From NCBI GenBank assembly GCA_951406725.2, contig OX597825.1:83328001-83392000 (forward strand): a DNA stretch of 64,000 bases. Reading direction: 5' to 3'. The notes under the pieces are model-generated. The model searched no databases, was not told where the DNA came from, and saw nothing but the letters and a program-made list of their open reading frames with translations. The stretch's first letter is position 1, and each line of letters opens with the position of its first letter. The DNA is from Octopus vulgaris (taxonomy: Eukaryota). The translations under genes and the position numbers were made by a program. Below are positions 38,946 to 53,008 of this stretch, in pieces.

Positions 38946-39239
38946 TTATTTCTAATACAGATCTTCATGTCATCTCCACAGAAAGTTTGGATAACATCAA
39001 TATCTCAGTTGTAGAAAATAGCAGGAAGCCACTGGAATTTTTGTCGCAGAAATGGTGATAAAATTCATGCCAACATGAACAGAATTATAGAAAGAATATC
39101 TCCATGAAATATTCCCTTTGAAATATTTATAACATTAATGACAACTGTTCCTCCGCTCTCTGTTATAAACGTAACAAATGCTGACTAGTCATTAAACCGG
39201 ATGAATTGCTTAATGGTTCGATCGGTAAAGTCTCTAAAC

Positions 39240-40060
39240 GGATGTTGGCAATTCAAAAACCGAGGAAGAACTAGGTCTAGCAAGCATAATTCTGAGTGGG
39301 AGTCAAAGCTTACAGAGAGGACCTGCAGAAGAGAAAAAAGTGTTTTATCGAAAAACGATTGAACCATGGCAGAAAATCTGACAGCGGAGCTGAATCGCCA
39401 CCTTAGCAAAACCATTGGTCGTGAGTTTTGTAAAGATTAATATGATAGGCGGTTTGCAACTGCTAAACCTGTCTTGCGTCATTCAAAATATTAATCGGCA
39501 AAATTCCGTCCAGACTATCAGAAGCGCTCATTGGCTCAATTAATTATGATCTATGATGTATCATCATTAGTTTTGGTCTTATTTCTTGTGTCTATCTTAT
39601 GTTTGAAGAGAGCCTAAAGAATTTTTCATTTTTCAAAATTGACCATTAGTTTCCTATCATGGAATATTGAGGTGGTTCTGTGAGGATTTCAGGAACCATA
39701 TCACAGAATCTTCTTAGCCCTTTCGTTCTCTACATTGCAAAAAAAAAAAAAAAAAAAAAAAAAGCCAAACATTATGTGGGAATTTTGGTTCATCTATCCA
39801 TTCTGTGGTACAGACATTGTTTCCTAATGGTGACGCAATATCATAGGAAGAAGTCGAACCCATTCAATATTAATGTCATTATTATTAAAAATTCTCACGA
39901 AGACTGTTTAACCAGATTCTATCATTTAGATTGAACCTCACAACAATCAGATTTCAATATATTCAAGAAATAAGGAACTACCCACTCCGCAATCGTCTCA
40001 GAAAGATCTAGAAGCGTTTTTACTAGATGAATGCACAAAATTCCATAATTCCACTGAGAG
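39240..40060 (+). mobile_element. Tc1-like transposase relic
   Basis: Frameshifted pieces GRTRSSKHNSEWESKLTER...AENLTAELNRHL, GGSVRI.G.IS, VVQTLFP, HLD*..QQSDFNI, DLEAF.LDE, matching Tc1 GRKSKLTER, GGSVMxWG and WPxQSPDLNxIE in order. Confidence 0.75.
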
Positions 40061-40338
40061 TAGCTTAGCACTCGTACGAGTCAATATCTTGATGTATTAA
40101 AATCTACTATTTAAGAAAGTGTTTCCATCATTTCCTCCAATTCTTGTATATATATAAGTATATATATTTGTGTGTGTGTGTATGAACATATGATATATGG
40201 ACATATTTCTGTGTGCGTGCGTTTGAATGTGTATGTATACAGACACATATATAGATCATGGTTAAGGCCAAAGCAATGCGAAGTAAATGCAAGGTACATT
40301 ACACAAAAATATATGTGAATTAATGTAGACTTACCCTG

Positions 40339-40435
<97 letters not shown>

Positions 40436-40554
40436 TACATGTTTATATATACATATATATGTGTGTGCATGTGTATGTGTGTGTATGTATGTAAGTATGT
40501 GTACATGTATGTATACATATGTATATATATATTTGACACAAGCTGCATAAACTT

Positions 40555-41390
40555 GACATTTCGAAAAACATGGAGAATGGCTTCATGATTTTCTAAAAGA
40601 TAGAAAGCAAGCAGTGGTGGCCAACAGATTCAGCTACAAGGAAACACGTAGCACTGTCTCGGAGCCGCTGCTCTTTATAATGGCGCTCACACACACCATC
40701 AGCTGCTCAGATAGTCACCATTTCTAGCTATGCAGATGACCCAAAAGTCTCTCGGAGGATACAGTTTAATGCTGGAAAATTCTAGAACTTGTACCAAACT
40801 TTGGCGTTGTCAGTTATACAAAGAGCAGCACAGGGCTCTACCGCATAATACCAAAAATCCCAACATTGCTATCAGGTGACAAGACACGAAACTCCAACGG
40901 CTTGTGCTTCAAGGGCCCACAGCTCTTCAATATCCTCCTACAAAGATTCAGAGACCTTCTTTGGAGGGAATTCCAAAACCAACCTGGATCTTCTTTTTTT
41001 TACTTTTCTGCTCTAGGTACAGGGCCCAAAATTTTCGGAGAGAGGGCCAGTAGATTTGATGGGCCCCTGTACGCAACTGGTACTTAATTTATCGACCCCA
41101 ACTGGATGAGAGGCAAAGTCGACTTCGGCGGAATTTGAACTCAGTACTTAAAGATAAACGAAATAACTAAGAATTTTGCCCGGCGTGCTAACGTTTCTAC
41201 CAGCTCGCTGCCTGGATATTCTGTCAAAATTTCTGGATGAACCCACCTCGCAGCATGAACCTCAAATCAGAGCAGCAACATCAGATTCCCTCGTTCAACA
41301 AGTGCCACACATCTGAGGAGGTTTAATTACACTGTAGCAAATCAAACACCGGTGCCACAGCATGGCCGCAGCTCTCGAGCTGAAAACAGA
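40555..41390 (+). mobile_element. CR1/Jockey-group LINE relic (RT fragments and 3' tail), interrupted by a SINE
   Basis: [18 protein letters not shown]...EPLLFIMAL...TISSYADDPKV (YADD 40729-40740)...QFNAGKF...FKGPQLFNIL...DEPTSQHEPQIRAATSDSLVQQ; 3' hairpin tail 41350-41390. Confidence 0.85.
40995..41212 (-). mobile_element. SINE family A nested in the LINE
   Basis: TSD cctggatcttct (40983-40994) / cctggatattct (41211-41222). Confidence 0.92.
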
Positions 41391-41598
41391 AAACGATATA
41401 TGTACGTGTTGCGTGTGTGTGTGTGTGTGTTTGTGTATGTAAGTACGTATACAATACATTACATGTAAAGTTATATCTATGGATAGATATATAGATAGAT
41501 AGATACATAGATGGATAGATAGATAGTGTGTGAGTGAATGTCTGAGTGAGTGAGTGAGTGAGTGAGTGGGTGAGTGAGTGAGTGAGTGCGCGTGTGTC

Positions 41599-41636
<38 letters not shown>

Positions 41637-42020
41637 AGAAAGTTCTTAAAAAGATAGTCATTCCTGAAAGAACATCCAAGATGGGTTTTATTTTCTCATT
41701 AGTACAAAGCTGATTCGATATTTTCTTCGCGATTTGGGGTCAAAATTGAAGCCCCTAATATCCGACCGGATATAACAATGGTAGATATGTGATATTTCTC
41801 AGTAAGCGGGCATAAGCGTTTTATTAATTTAATAGAGAAATATACACCTCGAACCGAAATCTGAAATTCACCAATATATAGGATGGTACCATATTACACG
41901 CACACACAGGACTACACACGCACGCAAGTACACTGCCTCCCACAGATACATACATACATATGTATATATATTTATATATATGTATATATATATATATATA
42001 AATAAATACATGTATATATG

Positions 42021-42052
<32 letters not shown>

Positions 42053-42161
42053 TGTATCACTTTCCTCTCTCTTTATGTATGTATACACACGTGGAAATAT
42101 ATATGTGTGTGTATGGATATATATGTTTGTACATGTATATATATATATGTATATGTATATG

Positions 42162-42206
<45 letters not shown>

Positions 42207-42709
42207 GTATGTATATATTTATGTATATATATGTGTGTATATATTCATATGTATCTATGCGTTTATGTATGCGTGTACGTATTTGCAATCATTATACGCA
42301 GATATGTAACTGGCATATATATATATATCAGAGCCTATCTTTCTGTCTATACACATAGATATATACACACACGCACGCATGCGCATATCCAAGTTCATAC
42401 ATTCCTATGTATACACAAGACTATATCTGTACAAATATATGTGGTGGGCAAAGCTGTTTTTGTATGTAAACATACATCTACGCTGTCACACCGTCACCCA
42501 GACGCACAAACATACACACGCTGGGCGTCTGTTGTGCTGCGCTTTTTTTTAAGACGGTCGTAAATTTTCACTATATATCATATGTACTTTGTAATAGCTG
42601 TTTCTGAGATAAAGGTCAGATTTTTGTTTCGTATTTCTGAATCACAGCTAACACTTAATCTCCCGGAATTTGATCATGCAATTAATATCTGATATGAAAA
42701 TGGAAATTC

Positions 42710-42710
<1 letters not shown>

Positions 42711-42759
<49 letters not shown>

Positions 42760-42870
42760 TTAATAATAATAATAGTAATAGTAATAATAATAATAACAAT
42801 AATAATAATAATAATAGTAATAATAGTAATAATAGTAATAATAGTAATAATAATGATAATGATAATAATG

Positions 42871-42925
<55 letters not shown>

Positions 42926-42937
42926 CAACAACAACAA
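42711..42937. repeat. (AAT)n array ending in (AAC)n
   Basis: Direct. Confidence 0.98.
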
Positions 42938-42952
42938 CTCACTAGAACCCCC

Positions 42953-43346
42953 AATGCTTTGATGAATTACTAGGCAATGACTCTTATGGCTTCTGATCTT
43001 AACTGATCGGAAGTGTTATCATGTACGTTGTTTTGTCTTGGTCTAAAAGATGGACTACCACAAATATTCTGCTCTAATACCACAGATTTGCTTGTCTGTT
43101 GTTTCACCTTAAGCAGGTGAGCATATGCCTTAGTCGCTGACGATATGTGCGTCTCTGATCACAAGCAGAAGTAGTGGGGTAGCATCATAGCCATGTTGTG
43201 AGAGGAATTCTTCGGGGTTTGAATAATTCACATTTGAAAACATGGGTGTTTAGTTCAATATGCTTAAACAAAGCTTATTTAGGGGCCATTTGAACGGGAA
43301 ATACACCGAGACAAAACAATGTACATGATAATACTTCCAATCAGTT
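42953..43346 (+). mobile_element. Second, 3'-truncated copy of the TAA-associated repeat, ending in an inverted fragment
   Basis: Matches the reverse complement of ~8205-8525; 43305-43346 is an inverted copy of 43001-43042. Confidence 0.85.
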
Positions 43347-43444
43347 TTTACACAGGTATCGGTTTGATCAAAAGAGGTCGGAAAAATTAAGTGCGACGTT
43401 CGCCTCATTGAAATTTAGATTCAAGCTGCAAGGATATGCTATCA

Positions 43445-44125
43445 AATTTTAAATTTCTCATGTTGGCACATGACCAAATATTTTCGGAGGAAGTGGTTAA
43501 TTGTTTGAAAAGGCACAGGTACTAGAGAGAAACTTTATAAATTTCGGGTACTTATTTTATCGACTCCGAAAGGATGAAAGGCAAAGTTCACCTTGGCAAC
43601 ATTTGAACTCGGGACGTAACCACGAAATATGCCCCGAAATATTTTGCCCAACGTGGTAAAGATTCTGCCAGCTTGCCACCTTTACACGCACCTAGTTATC
43701 GATTTGAAATATTGACATAAGGCCAATAATTTCGGGGGAGAGTGTAAGTCGGTTACACAGGCCTCAGTCTCTTACTGGCACGTATTTTATCGATCCTCAC
43801 AGGTTGAAAGGCAAAGTCAACTTTGGCACCATTTTAAGTTAGAACGTAAAGAGCTCGACGTGCAAACGATTCTGCTAGTACGCCGCCTTAATACGAAACA
43901 AAATATTCGTTTCAACTTTCGGTACAATGCCAGCAATTTTAGGGAGTGTCAGTCAACAGCATCGATCCCCAAGTTCAAATGACATTTATTTTATCGACTC
44001 CCGAAAAGATGGACGGCAAACACGACGCCGGGGGAGGGGGCATCTTTACTCAGGAAATATAGACAGAAGAAATGCGGCTAAGCATTTTCCCCGTGCGGTA
44101 ACAATTCCGCCAGACCATCGCCTTA
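43445..44125 (-). mobile_element. Three tandem old SINE family A copies
   Basis: Repeated ttttatcga.tcc..aagg.tgaaaggcaaagt at ~43555, ~43785 and ~43990. Confidence 0.8.
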
Positions 44126-44623
44126 CACGCAGCTAAACATTACAAGACATTTTGTCCGACCCATGTTGCTGCCATTCTAAGAACATATAAACTTTTAATG
44201 TTGCAATAGCGTTTGAAAAGAAATCTTTAATAAAATATAATTGATTTTCCAGCACACTTCAGACAATTCTACTTAGAGATTTAAAATAACAACGATTTCC
44301 TTATAGGAATATGAAAATATCTATATATTATTTTAGGAAGATATTAAAAGAAAAAAAAAATGGTAGAATTTACTTGGAATAACATATATATTTTATTTTT
44401 AAAATTTAAGATTGTTCTTTAAATACCAGGAACAAGTTTTTGTCTCCGTTCTTATCAAAATATTACGTGCGCAAGTTCAAATTGATTTAATAACGCGCAC
44501 ACAGTGTAATGTACGTATGTACCAATGTACACATATATGTGTGTTTCTGTGTGTGTGTCTGTATGTTTCTGTGTGTCTGTTTCTGTGTGTATGTATATAC
44601 ATATATATTTGTGCGTACTTGTA

Positions 44624-44706
<83 letters not shown>

Positions 44707-44727
44707 GTGTGTGTGTATGTATGTATA

Positions 44728-44784
<57 letters not shown>

Positions 44785-45634
44785 GTGCGAGAGGTGAATA
44801 TATTTATTTTAAACACTTGTTATCCGAAGATATCTTTCTGCTGTTGATAAGAAAGTGTATATAAGCGAGAATGTACGTGTGTGTGTGTGTGCAAATAGTT
44901 ATATGCATATATGTACGTGTATTTCTCTCTACGTGAACCTATGCTTATCAATTGCTATTCGTACATTTATATGGACATTTATTTTTATATATTTTATATT
45001 GTGTATATATTTGTGTATATGCATGTATGTATATAATTACGTATGCGTTTCCCTATGTATTTGGTTCTATATTATTCGCTTATACTTACGTATGGCTACA
45101 GAGAGTTTTCTCTCCTGTGTGATGTCTATGTATATTAAAAAAACTTACTACAGTACCACAACGTGCGTGTGGTTGCAAATTTCTTTTTATTTTTTAGTAT
45201 CTTAATGCTTATATTCTTTTACCTGTAGCCAGGTGCTTTGTTTCGAATACAGTTTATTCAGACAAAATGTATTTGGGGAACTTTTCAGTGTTAACCCTAC
45301 TTGAAAGTAACTGTTGCAGAAAACGACCTCTTCATTTAATCGTTGTATCTCCAGCTGTCTGTTCCCTACTGGATGCTAGTATATTATATTTTAATTTATT
45401 TTAAACTCTCATTTTTACAAAAATTTAATCTGTGTACTGTACTTCCTTTAGTTCCTGTCTTTTGTTTACGTTAAGCTTGGTTAATTCCTTTCACTTACAT
45501 CAATCATCTTAATAGATAGCATACAAAATATATTTACTATTTATATTCAGTCTTTAATTTCCTTACGAATTTCATTTTATTAAGAATCCATACATTGTGT
45601 ATACATACATACACACACACACACACATACATGA

Positions 45635-45973
45635 CGGGTTCAGTCCCACCGTGTAGCATCTTGGGCAAGTGTCTTGTAAATCGATTTGGTAGACGGAAAC
45701 TGAAAGAAGCCCGTCGTATATATGTGCATGTATATATATATATATATGTATGTATGTATGAGTATATGTTTTTATATTTGTGTTTGTTCCCTCCCCCTCA
45801 ACATCGCTTGACAACCGATGTTTCCGTCCCCGTAACCTAGCGTTTCGGCAAAACAGACCGATAGAGTAAGTACTAGGCTTACAAAGAATAAGTACTGGGG
45901 TCGATTTGCTCGACTAAAGGCGGTGCTCCAGCATGGTCACAGTCAAATGACTGAAACAAGTAAAAGAATAAAA
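45635..45973 (+). mobile_element. SINE family B, 5'-truncated
   Basis: cgggttcagtcccaccgtgtagcatcttgggcaagtgtc...tgactgaaacaagtaaaagaataaaa. Confidence 0.92.
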
Positions 45974-46247
45974 TAATATATATATATATATACTTTCGGT
46001 GTAACTGTTTTTTTTTTTCATACGGTCCTGAGTTTACAATTCTGTAAATAATAATAATGGTATTTTTATATAAGCTTCAAGCTTATGGCAATCACCGTGC
46101 AATGACAAAGGAAAATAGTCTAATAAAGGGGCATATAATCCGTCGACAGTATAATATTTATGTATTTAATTATTGAGAACTATTTGCTTTTCCATATGGT
46201 TTTCGTGTTTAAATTAAGCAAACCAATTCTAAAATATTTAACTGACA

Positions 46248-46286
<39 letters not shown>

Positions 46287-47027
46287 CCCTTCTCTGTCTC
46301 TCTCAAAAATCGATCAATGGAGCTTATAGGATGAAATGTGAAGGACCGACTTCTATCAATAAATAAATCACCATTAAAATACTAATCGACCACTATAAAT
46401 AATAACTAGATAGATTGCCGACATTGATTGATAGACAATATATCAGATATTACGCTTAAGTTAACATCTCATATATTTTCATATATTAATGGTTAGTGAA
46501 TCTGTCTTTAATTATAAAGAGTTCTTATTGAAACACTTCACACAACATGTTATAAATGATTACAAGTTTAAAGAACACGACTCGAAGATTATCATTAAAG
46601 TTTCAAATATTTTGCCAGCTTTCTTTCTCTGAGATATTATTGGTATACCCGTAATGTAAAGTTTGTTCTGTAGGTTTTCCTCTCTTCATTTAGAATAAAC
46701 AAATAAGAAAGCATATTTATGTCACATATTTGAAGGAGTCACTTGATTAAAAAAAACATCAGTATTTAAATGGTTCTTTATTTTATACACCCAGGGTGTA
46801 TAAAAGGTAAAATTAACCTCGTTGGAATTAGAACTCAAAATTACTCGGAATTCAAAGAGCTGGAACAAAATTGGTATAAGGAATTTTGTTAGACATATAA
46901 ACGAATTTCTTAATGCAGCTTGCTTTGGGCATGGACTCCATTACAAATTTGATATAATGTTTATCCCTCAAGAAAGTATAAAAGACAAACTTGACCCCGG
47001 CAGGATTAATACGGAATGTAAACGAGA

Positions 47028-47241
47028 CGGCGAGCTGGCAGAAACGTTAGCACGCCGGGTGAAATGCTTAGCGTTATTTCGTTTCTCTTTACGTTCTGAA
47101 TTCAAAATCCGCCGAGGTCGACTTTGCCTTTCATTCTTTCGGGGTCGATAAACTAAGTTCCAGTGGCGTACTGGTGTCGATCTAATTGACTGGCACCCTC
47201 CCCCAAAATTTCGGACCTTGTGCCTAGAGTAGAAAAGAATA
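47028..47241 (+). mobile_element. SINE family A (alternative tail), full length
   Basis: cggcgagctggcagaaacgttagc...ccttgtgcctagagtagaaaagaat. Confidence 0.93.
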
Positions 47242-47390
47242 CGGAGTGTAAACAAGTTGTAACTAAGATACTATAATATATTTTGTTAGACTTATAAAGG
47301 ATTCCCCCGCTCTTTAGGAATTGACGTCATTACAACACACTATGTTATTTGCGACATCGACAAGAAGGCCGCTAATGTAGTATTATAATG

Positions 47391-48646
47391 GTTTCAAATT
47401 TTGGCTGAAGACCAGTAATTTGGGGGAGGGGCCGTAGATTACCTTGACCACAAAGCATGACTGGTACTCATGTTATCGACATCGAGAAAATTAAATGCGA
47501 AGTTGACCTCGGCGTAACTTAATGTTGTATTATATTATTAAGAAGCAAGTATTTCTAAATTATTCATAAAAGTTATAACTGTCTGTTCATTGGCTTCAGT
47601 TCTAGTTCTTTTCATCATTCATGCCATCCTTCGACTGGCTAGAAACACCAGCCAACTTTCCCTCCACTCACATAACTTCCCTTCTACACCATTAGATCGA
47701 TTTCCGGTGGAGTCCTTGACAGGCACCATGTAAATATTCTGTATAAACTATTCGTCAATAACCAAGCTTTATATCATTTTATTCTATTACACAGGGTAGG
47801 TAAAATGTCAGCCAAATATCACAGAGAATAGAAATGTTGTTGGTACCAGAGATAAAGCCACTAGATTTAGCCACGAGCCCACATATCGCAATGTATCGTC
47901 AGACGTCGGGATTTATAGTCCACTGTGTATTATTTATTATATTGTAATTATAATTATAATTATTTCCAGTTAAAGTGGTGAGCTGTCTGAATCCTTAGCA
48001 GGAAGGGCAGAATGCTTCGCAGCATCTTTGTCCGTCTTTACGCTCTGAGTTCAGATTCCGCTGAGGTTACGTAGATTTTCGTCCTTACTCAGTCATATCA
48101 ATAATTACCAATCAAGTGTTGGCGTTAAAGTAATCGATTAAGACCCCTCCTACTAGAATTGTTGGTTTGTGCCAAAATTAGAAGCAATTATTATTATTTC
48201 TAGTTTTGGATCAAGGACACCAAATTTGAGGGTTGCTAAACGTCGGTTACATCAGCTGATGTACTTTACATATATTTATCAAACCTAGGGATTAATTTTA
48301 CCAAGAAAGAATAAAAGGCAAAATTGGCCTCGGATAAACTTGAACTCAGAACTCAAAGAACCGAAAGATATGGCTTGAATTTTATCTGAAACACATTCAC
48401 ACTTTCCTGCTAATCGCCTTCCTCTTAGGGTTTCACAGTTTAGGAGAAGTCCACCAATTTGAAGGGTTAGTGTTAGTTCATGACAACGATACCACTGCTC
48501 AACTGTTATTTCTTTTAACAGCTCCGGAACGATGAAAGACAAAATGAACTTCGGTGAAATTTGAACTCAGAACATGGAGATTTGTGAGAATTACTACTAA
48601 GCATTTTACCCCCGTCGTGCTAACAATTGTGCTAACTCACCGCCTT
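47391..48646. mobile_element. Cluster of degenerate SINE family A copies (47391-47520 minus, 47975-48190 plus, 48200-48425 minus, 48450-48646 minus)
   Basis: Diagnostic gagttcaaattc/gaatttgaactc and aggcaaa.t.gacct motifs. Confidence 0.7.
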
Positions 48647-49227
48647 TGCACACAGATTAAATGAAAATATAGTACAAATCTAAAAATTGATTGGAAAGAA
48701 ATAAAAGTTGTAAAAAGAAAAAAATGCCAAAAATCAAGACAATAAGTGTTATCTTGATACCACGAACGAACGTATAGTAATAAATTAATGTTTCATGTAA
48801 GGTGCAGAGCACCCAGTGCAGTCGCTGCACCGAATTCAGTGCAGAAATAACTAACACCATTGTTATTCTCTAGCATAAAGATAACAGATATCATTTATTG
48901 TTGCACTAAAGCAAAAACAACCGCCTGTCTAAATTCACAAAGCTGAACAGGATCTCGCTGCGAGGAAGAGATATACAAGTCGACGATATACACCACGACG
49001 CTGATAAAACTTCATTATACACATCCTTATCTCTTTATTATATTTCTTTTTAAAAATTCTTATATGAAGAAATAAATAAAATAAAAGCAAAAGCGGAACA
49101 TTGCTAAGAATAAAACAAGTAGATTTGTAGCGATACTTAAGAAACAGACGAACGGAAGAAGGCCTCTACATGGTCGGTTGTCATTGCTAGAAAGAGCAAA
49201 TAAATCTCATTAAAATATCATTTTACC

Positions 49228-49551
49228 TATTTCTTTACACCCCACAAGGGGCTAAACACAGAGGGAACAAACAAGGACAGACAAACGGATTGAGTGGATT
49301 ATATCGACCCCAGTGCGTAACTGGTACTTAATTTATCGACCCTGAAAGGATGAAAGGCAAAGACTTGTGGGTGGTAAAGGAATAGGTATTTCGTCAGTTT
49401 TTACGTTCTGAGTTGAAATTCAACCAAGGTCGATTTACCTTTTATCCTTTCGGGTTCGATAAATTAAGTACTTCTTGCGGAATGTTCGATCTAATCGACT
49501 GCTCCCCCTACCCAAAAATTTCGGGCCTTGTGCCTAAAGTAGAAAAGAATA
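49228..49551. mobile_element. SINE family A 3' half (minus, 49228-49362) fused to an inverted tail+body unit (plus, 49364-49551)
   Basis: Strand switch at ...gaaaggcaaaga|cttgtgggtggtaaaggaata|ggtatttcg. Confidence 0.85.
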
Positions 49552-49557
49552 CACATA

Positions 49558-50095
49558 TAGGAGTGGCTGTGTGGTAATTTGCTTCCTTACCAACCCCATG
49601 GCTCTGGGTTAAGTCCACTGCGTAGCACCCTAGCCTCAGGCCGACCAAAGCCTTGTGAGTGGATTTGGTAGACGGAAATTGAAAGAAGCTCTGTAAGCAC
49701 ATGTGAATCGTTGCCGATTTTTTTTTCCTCCGTCTTCCTTTTCTATTGGACTGTCCTCTGTCTCCTGTCTCTGAAGAAGAGCTTTGCTCGAAACGTTAAA
49801 CCATCTTTCTTTCCTTCTCCGAGCGTCTATTTTACATCTACCACGTTATTGCGTTCTTTTTTTTTTATGGGGGTACTATATGTTTGTGTGTGTGTGTGTG
49901 TGTCTGCACGTTTGTTTGCCACCTCACCATCGCTTGACAACCAATGTTGGTGTGATTATGTCCCCATTATCTAGCAGTTCGGCAAAAGAAACCGATAGAA
50001 TAAGTACTAGGCTGACATAGAATAAGTACTAGGGTCGATTTTGTCGACTAAAGGCGGTGCTCCAGTATGGCCGCAGTCAAATGACTGAAACAAGG
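49558..50095 (+). mobile_element. SINE family B split by a ~185 bp insertion (49692-49876)
   Basis: Head to gaaagaagc at 49689; resumes with (TG)n...catcgcttgacaacc and a complete tail. Confidence 0.9.
49766..49802 (+). ncRNA. Minimal hammerhead ribozyme motif within the insertion
   Basis: tgtct CTGAAGA a gagc-ttt-gctc GAAAC GTT aaacc. Intact core, perfect 4-bp stem II, palindromic AACGTT; stem I decayed. Confidence 0.7.
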
Positions 50096-50536
50096 AATGG
50101 AACACATAGATATAATGGAAAATACCCTTCATACCATAAAACGGAAATTCAGAAATTTATTCTTTGTTTGTGACTCGGTAAAAACGGTATTGGTCTGCGG
50201 TTCGGTGGATGGTGTACCCTGCTTTAATTAATTAGTTCTGAGGAGAGTAGATCTGGGAGAGTAGGAGATGGGTGATGGGGAGAGAAGGGAATGAAGAAAA
50301 GGAAGACTGCGGTATTTTAAATACTGTCCAGGTAATTTGTTTGGATATGTAATAGAAAAAAGAGATAACTGGTGATTGTAGCAGTGATGGGTATTTCGTT
50401 GCTGTCGACGGTGAACATTCGAGGTTTTTTAATCAGTTGTGTTGCAAGCTGTGAAGTAAATGAGCAAGTGGATGTGTATTCGGCAGATAGATAGATAGAT
50501 AAATAGATAGATAGATATATATATATATATATATAT

Positions 50537-50591
<55 letters not shown>

Positions 50592-50754
50592 TACATATAG
50601 GTAGATAGAAAGATAGATAGGTAGATAGATAGATAGAGTGAAAGAAAGAAAAATAGAAAGGAAGAGAGAAAGAAGGAAAGGAAATAAGAGAGAGAGACAC
50701 AGGAAGAGAGAATAAATAATTGAATCATTGCTGGGGCTGGTATATTTTTTATCA

Positions 50755-50975
50755 GTGAGCAGCTAAAATTATTAGCAAGCCGGACAAAACACCAGGCATC
50801 ATTTCGTCCGGCTATACGTTCTAAAGTTAAAATTCTACTGAGGTTGATATTGCATTTCACATGTTCGGGATTGATAAAAAAAAATGTATCAGTCGTCCAG
50901 TGGGTTCAGTGTTATGGAGTACCACCCAGCTTCCCAGTAATTTCAGGTTTTCTGTCTATAAGAGAAAGGAGTATT
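50755..50975 (+). mobile_element. SINE family A, degenerate
   Basis: atttcgtccggctatacgttctaaagttaaaattctactgagg. Confidence 0.65.
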
Positions 50976-52088
50976 TATCGAGCTTCAAAGAAAATCAAAA
51001 ATACCGTCGGCAGCTAGGCTTGAACTCTTCGCAGCGGGCAGAGTACCGCATTGTGTATCACAATGCGTCCTATCCAACTCTCCTAAAGAATCTGACAGTT
51101 CGCCAAATTGAGAGACTAGCAGGAACAGAGGCTTCAGAACAAAATTGCTGGTTGTGGTAATAATTGCAGCAAAGGCTGTAGTGGCTGTGGTTCTGATTAT
51201 AGCGGTTGGGCGCAGTAAAATCAACGGTGGTCCCTGGGGTGAGAGTAAGAGAAGAAATACAAAAGCGATTGTTGAATTCGACGCCGCTGTACACAGTGCG
51301 TCTTTCATGTCGGTTCTGATATTTTGTAAGTTTGTTTATCAGCGCTAATCCTTCATCGCCTCCAACAAAGACACAAATGAAAGCACACATACAACAACAA
51401 CAATAACAACAACAACAACACTTCTTACGGTGCATAATTAATTCATCTCAGATGTGTAAGTACTTTTACTTATTAATCTGTGTTTATGTGCACCGTTTAG
51501 ATCAAATATTATTCAAACGAATCTGTAATATATATATATATATATCTGTCTTCTGTTTGTATGTGTGCGTGAGAGTACATATACATATAACTATCTTTAT
51601 ACACACACACATATATAATATATACATATACATATATAATATATATATACACACATATATATAATATATATATGCATATACATATATATAATATATATAT
51701 AATATATATATAAATATATATATAATAATATATATATATATATATATATAATATATATATACCTACATATTTATAAATACATATAGAAATACACATATAA
51801 ATATATACATATACAAATATATATATAAATACACCCCGCCACACACACACACAGACATATATATATAGAGAGATACGTGCTCACATATATTTGTGCGTGT
51901 GTGCGCGTGTGTGTGTGCGTGAGCGTGTAGTGCGTGTTACGCCCTTTTTTTTCTTTTGAACTCTCTAGATTTATTTAAAATCTTTAAAAGAAAATGTATA
52001 TACGTATATATGTTATACACACGTACATATATATATATATATAAATATATACGTATATATATATACATATATATATATATACACACAC

Positions 52089-52146
<58 letters not shown>

Positions 52147-52147
52147 A

Positions 52148-52193
<46 letters not shown>

Positions 52194-52649
52194 AAGAGAG
52201 AAGAATGCTAGCCGAAGGAAATATTTCATTATAACTTACTACTGACGTTTCGTTACTTTGATGCTAACCGATTGCACGTGAGGGCAGACCTCAAACGCCA
52301 CAATAATTATCTGATCAACCAATCAACCTCTTTACACTTATCTAATCTCTTATGTAGACTACAACAAAAATAAACGTTAGTGCGCGCTCCTTTTTTACTT
52401 TGACACATCATTCACAAATTCATCCCAGAGAATTCGCGCTGGTTTCCCGCAGAAAGAGACTTCCCTATAAATACAGGCATACCTCAACCTACGTCGGTTC
52501 GAGTTACGTCTCTTTCTGTTCTTGTTTTTTTTGTTTATTTATTTGTTTTTTAAGTAATCAATAAACTTCACTTTCAGTCAATTTATTCAACTTTAATTTA
52601 TTCAACGTTTCAGTGAATATTTGAGGACATTATTCAAAGTTACCTAAAA

Positions 52650-52813
52650 TAGGCACAGGAGTGGCTTTGTGGTAAAAAGCTTTCTTCGTAACCACATGGT
52701 CCCGGGTTCAGCCCCACAGCGTAGCACCTTGGGAAAGTGTCTTCTACTATAACCTCGGTTCGACGAAAGCCTTGTAAGTGGATTTTGTAGACGGAAACTG
52801 AAAGAAGCCCATC

Positions 52814-52876
<63 letters not shown>

Positions 52877-52929
52877 CTTAATCATATCAAAGGGAAATGG
52901 AAATTTATTAAAATTTCCATTGTACACTG

Positions 52930-53008
<79 letters not shown>

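Noticed and set aside
52237-52256. Minus-strand GAAAC GTC agtag (hammerhead 3' half) in an island next to (TA)n
   Set aside because: No CUGANGA box or matching stem I found upstream.
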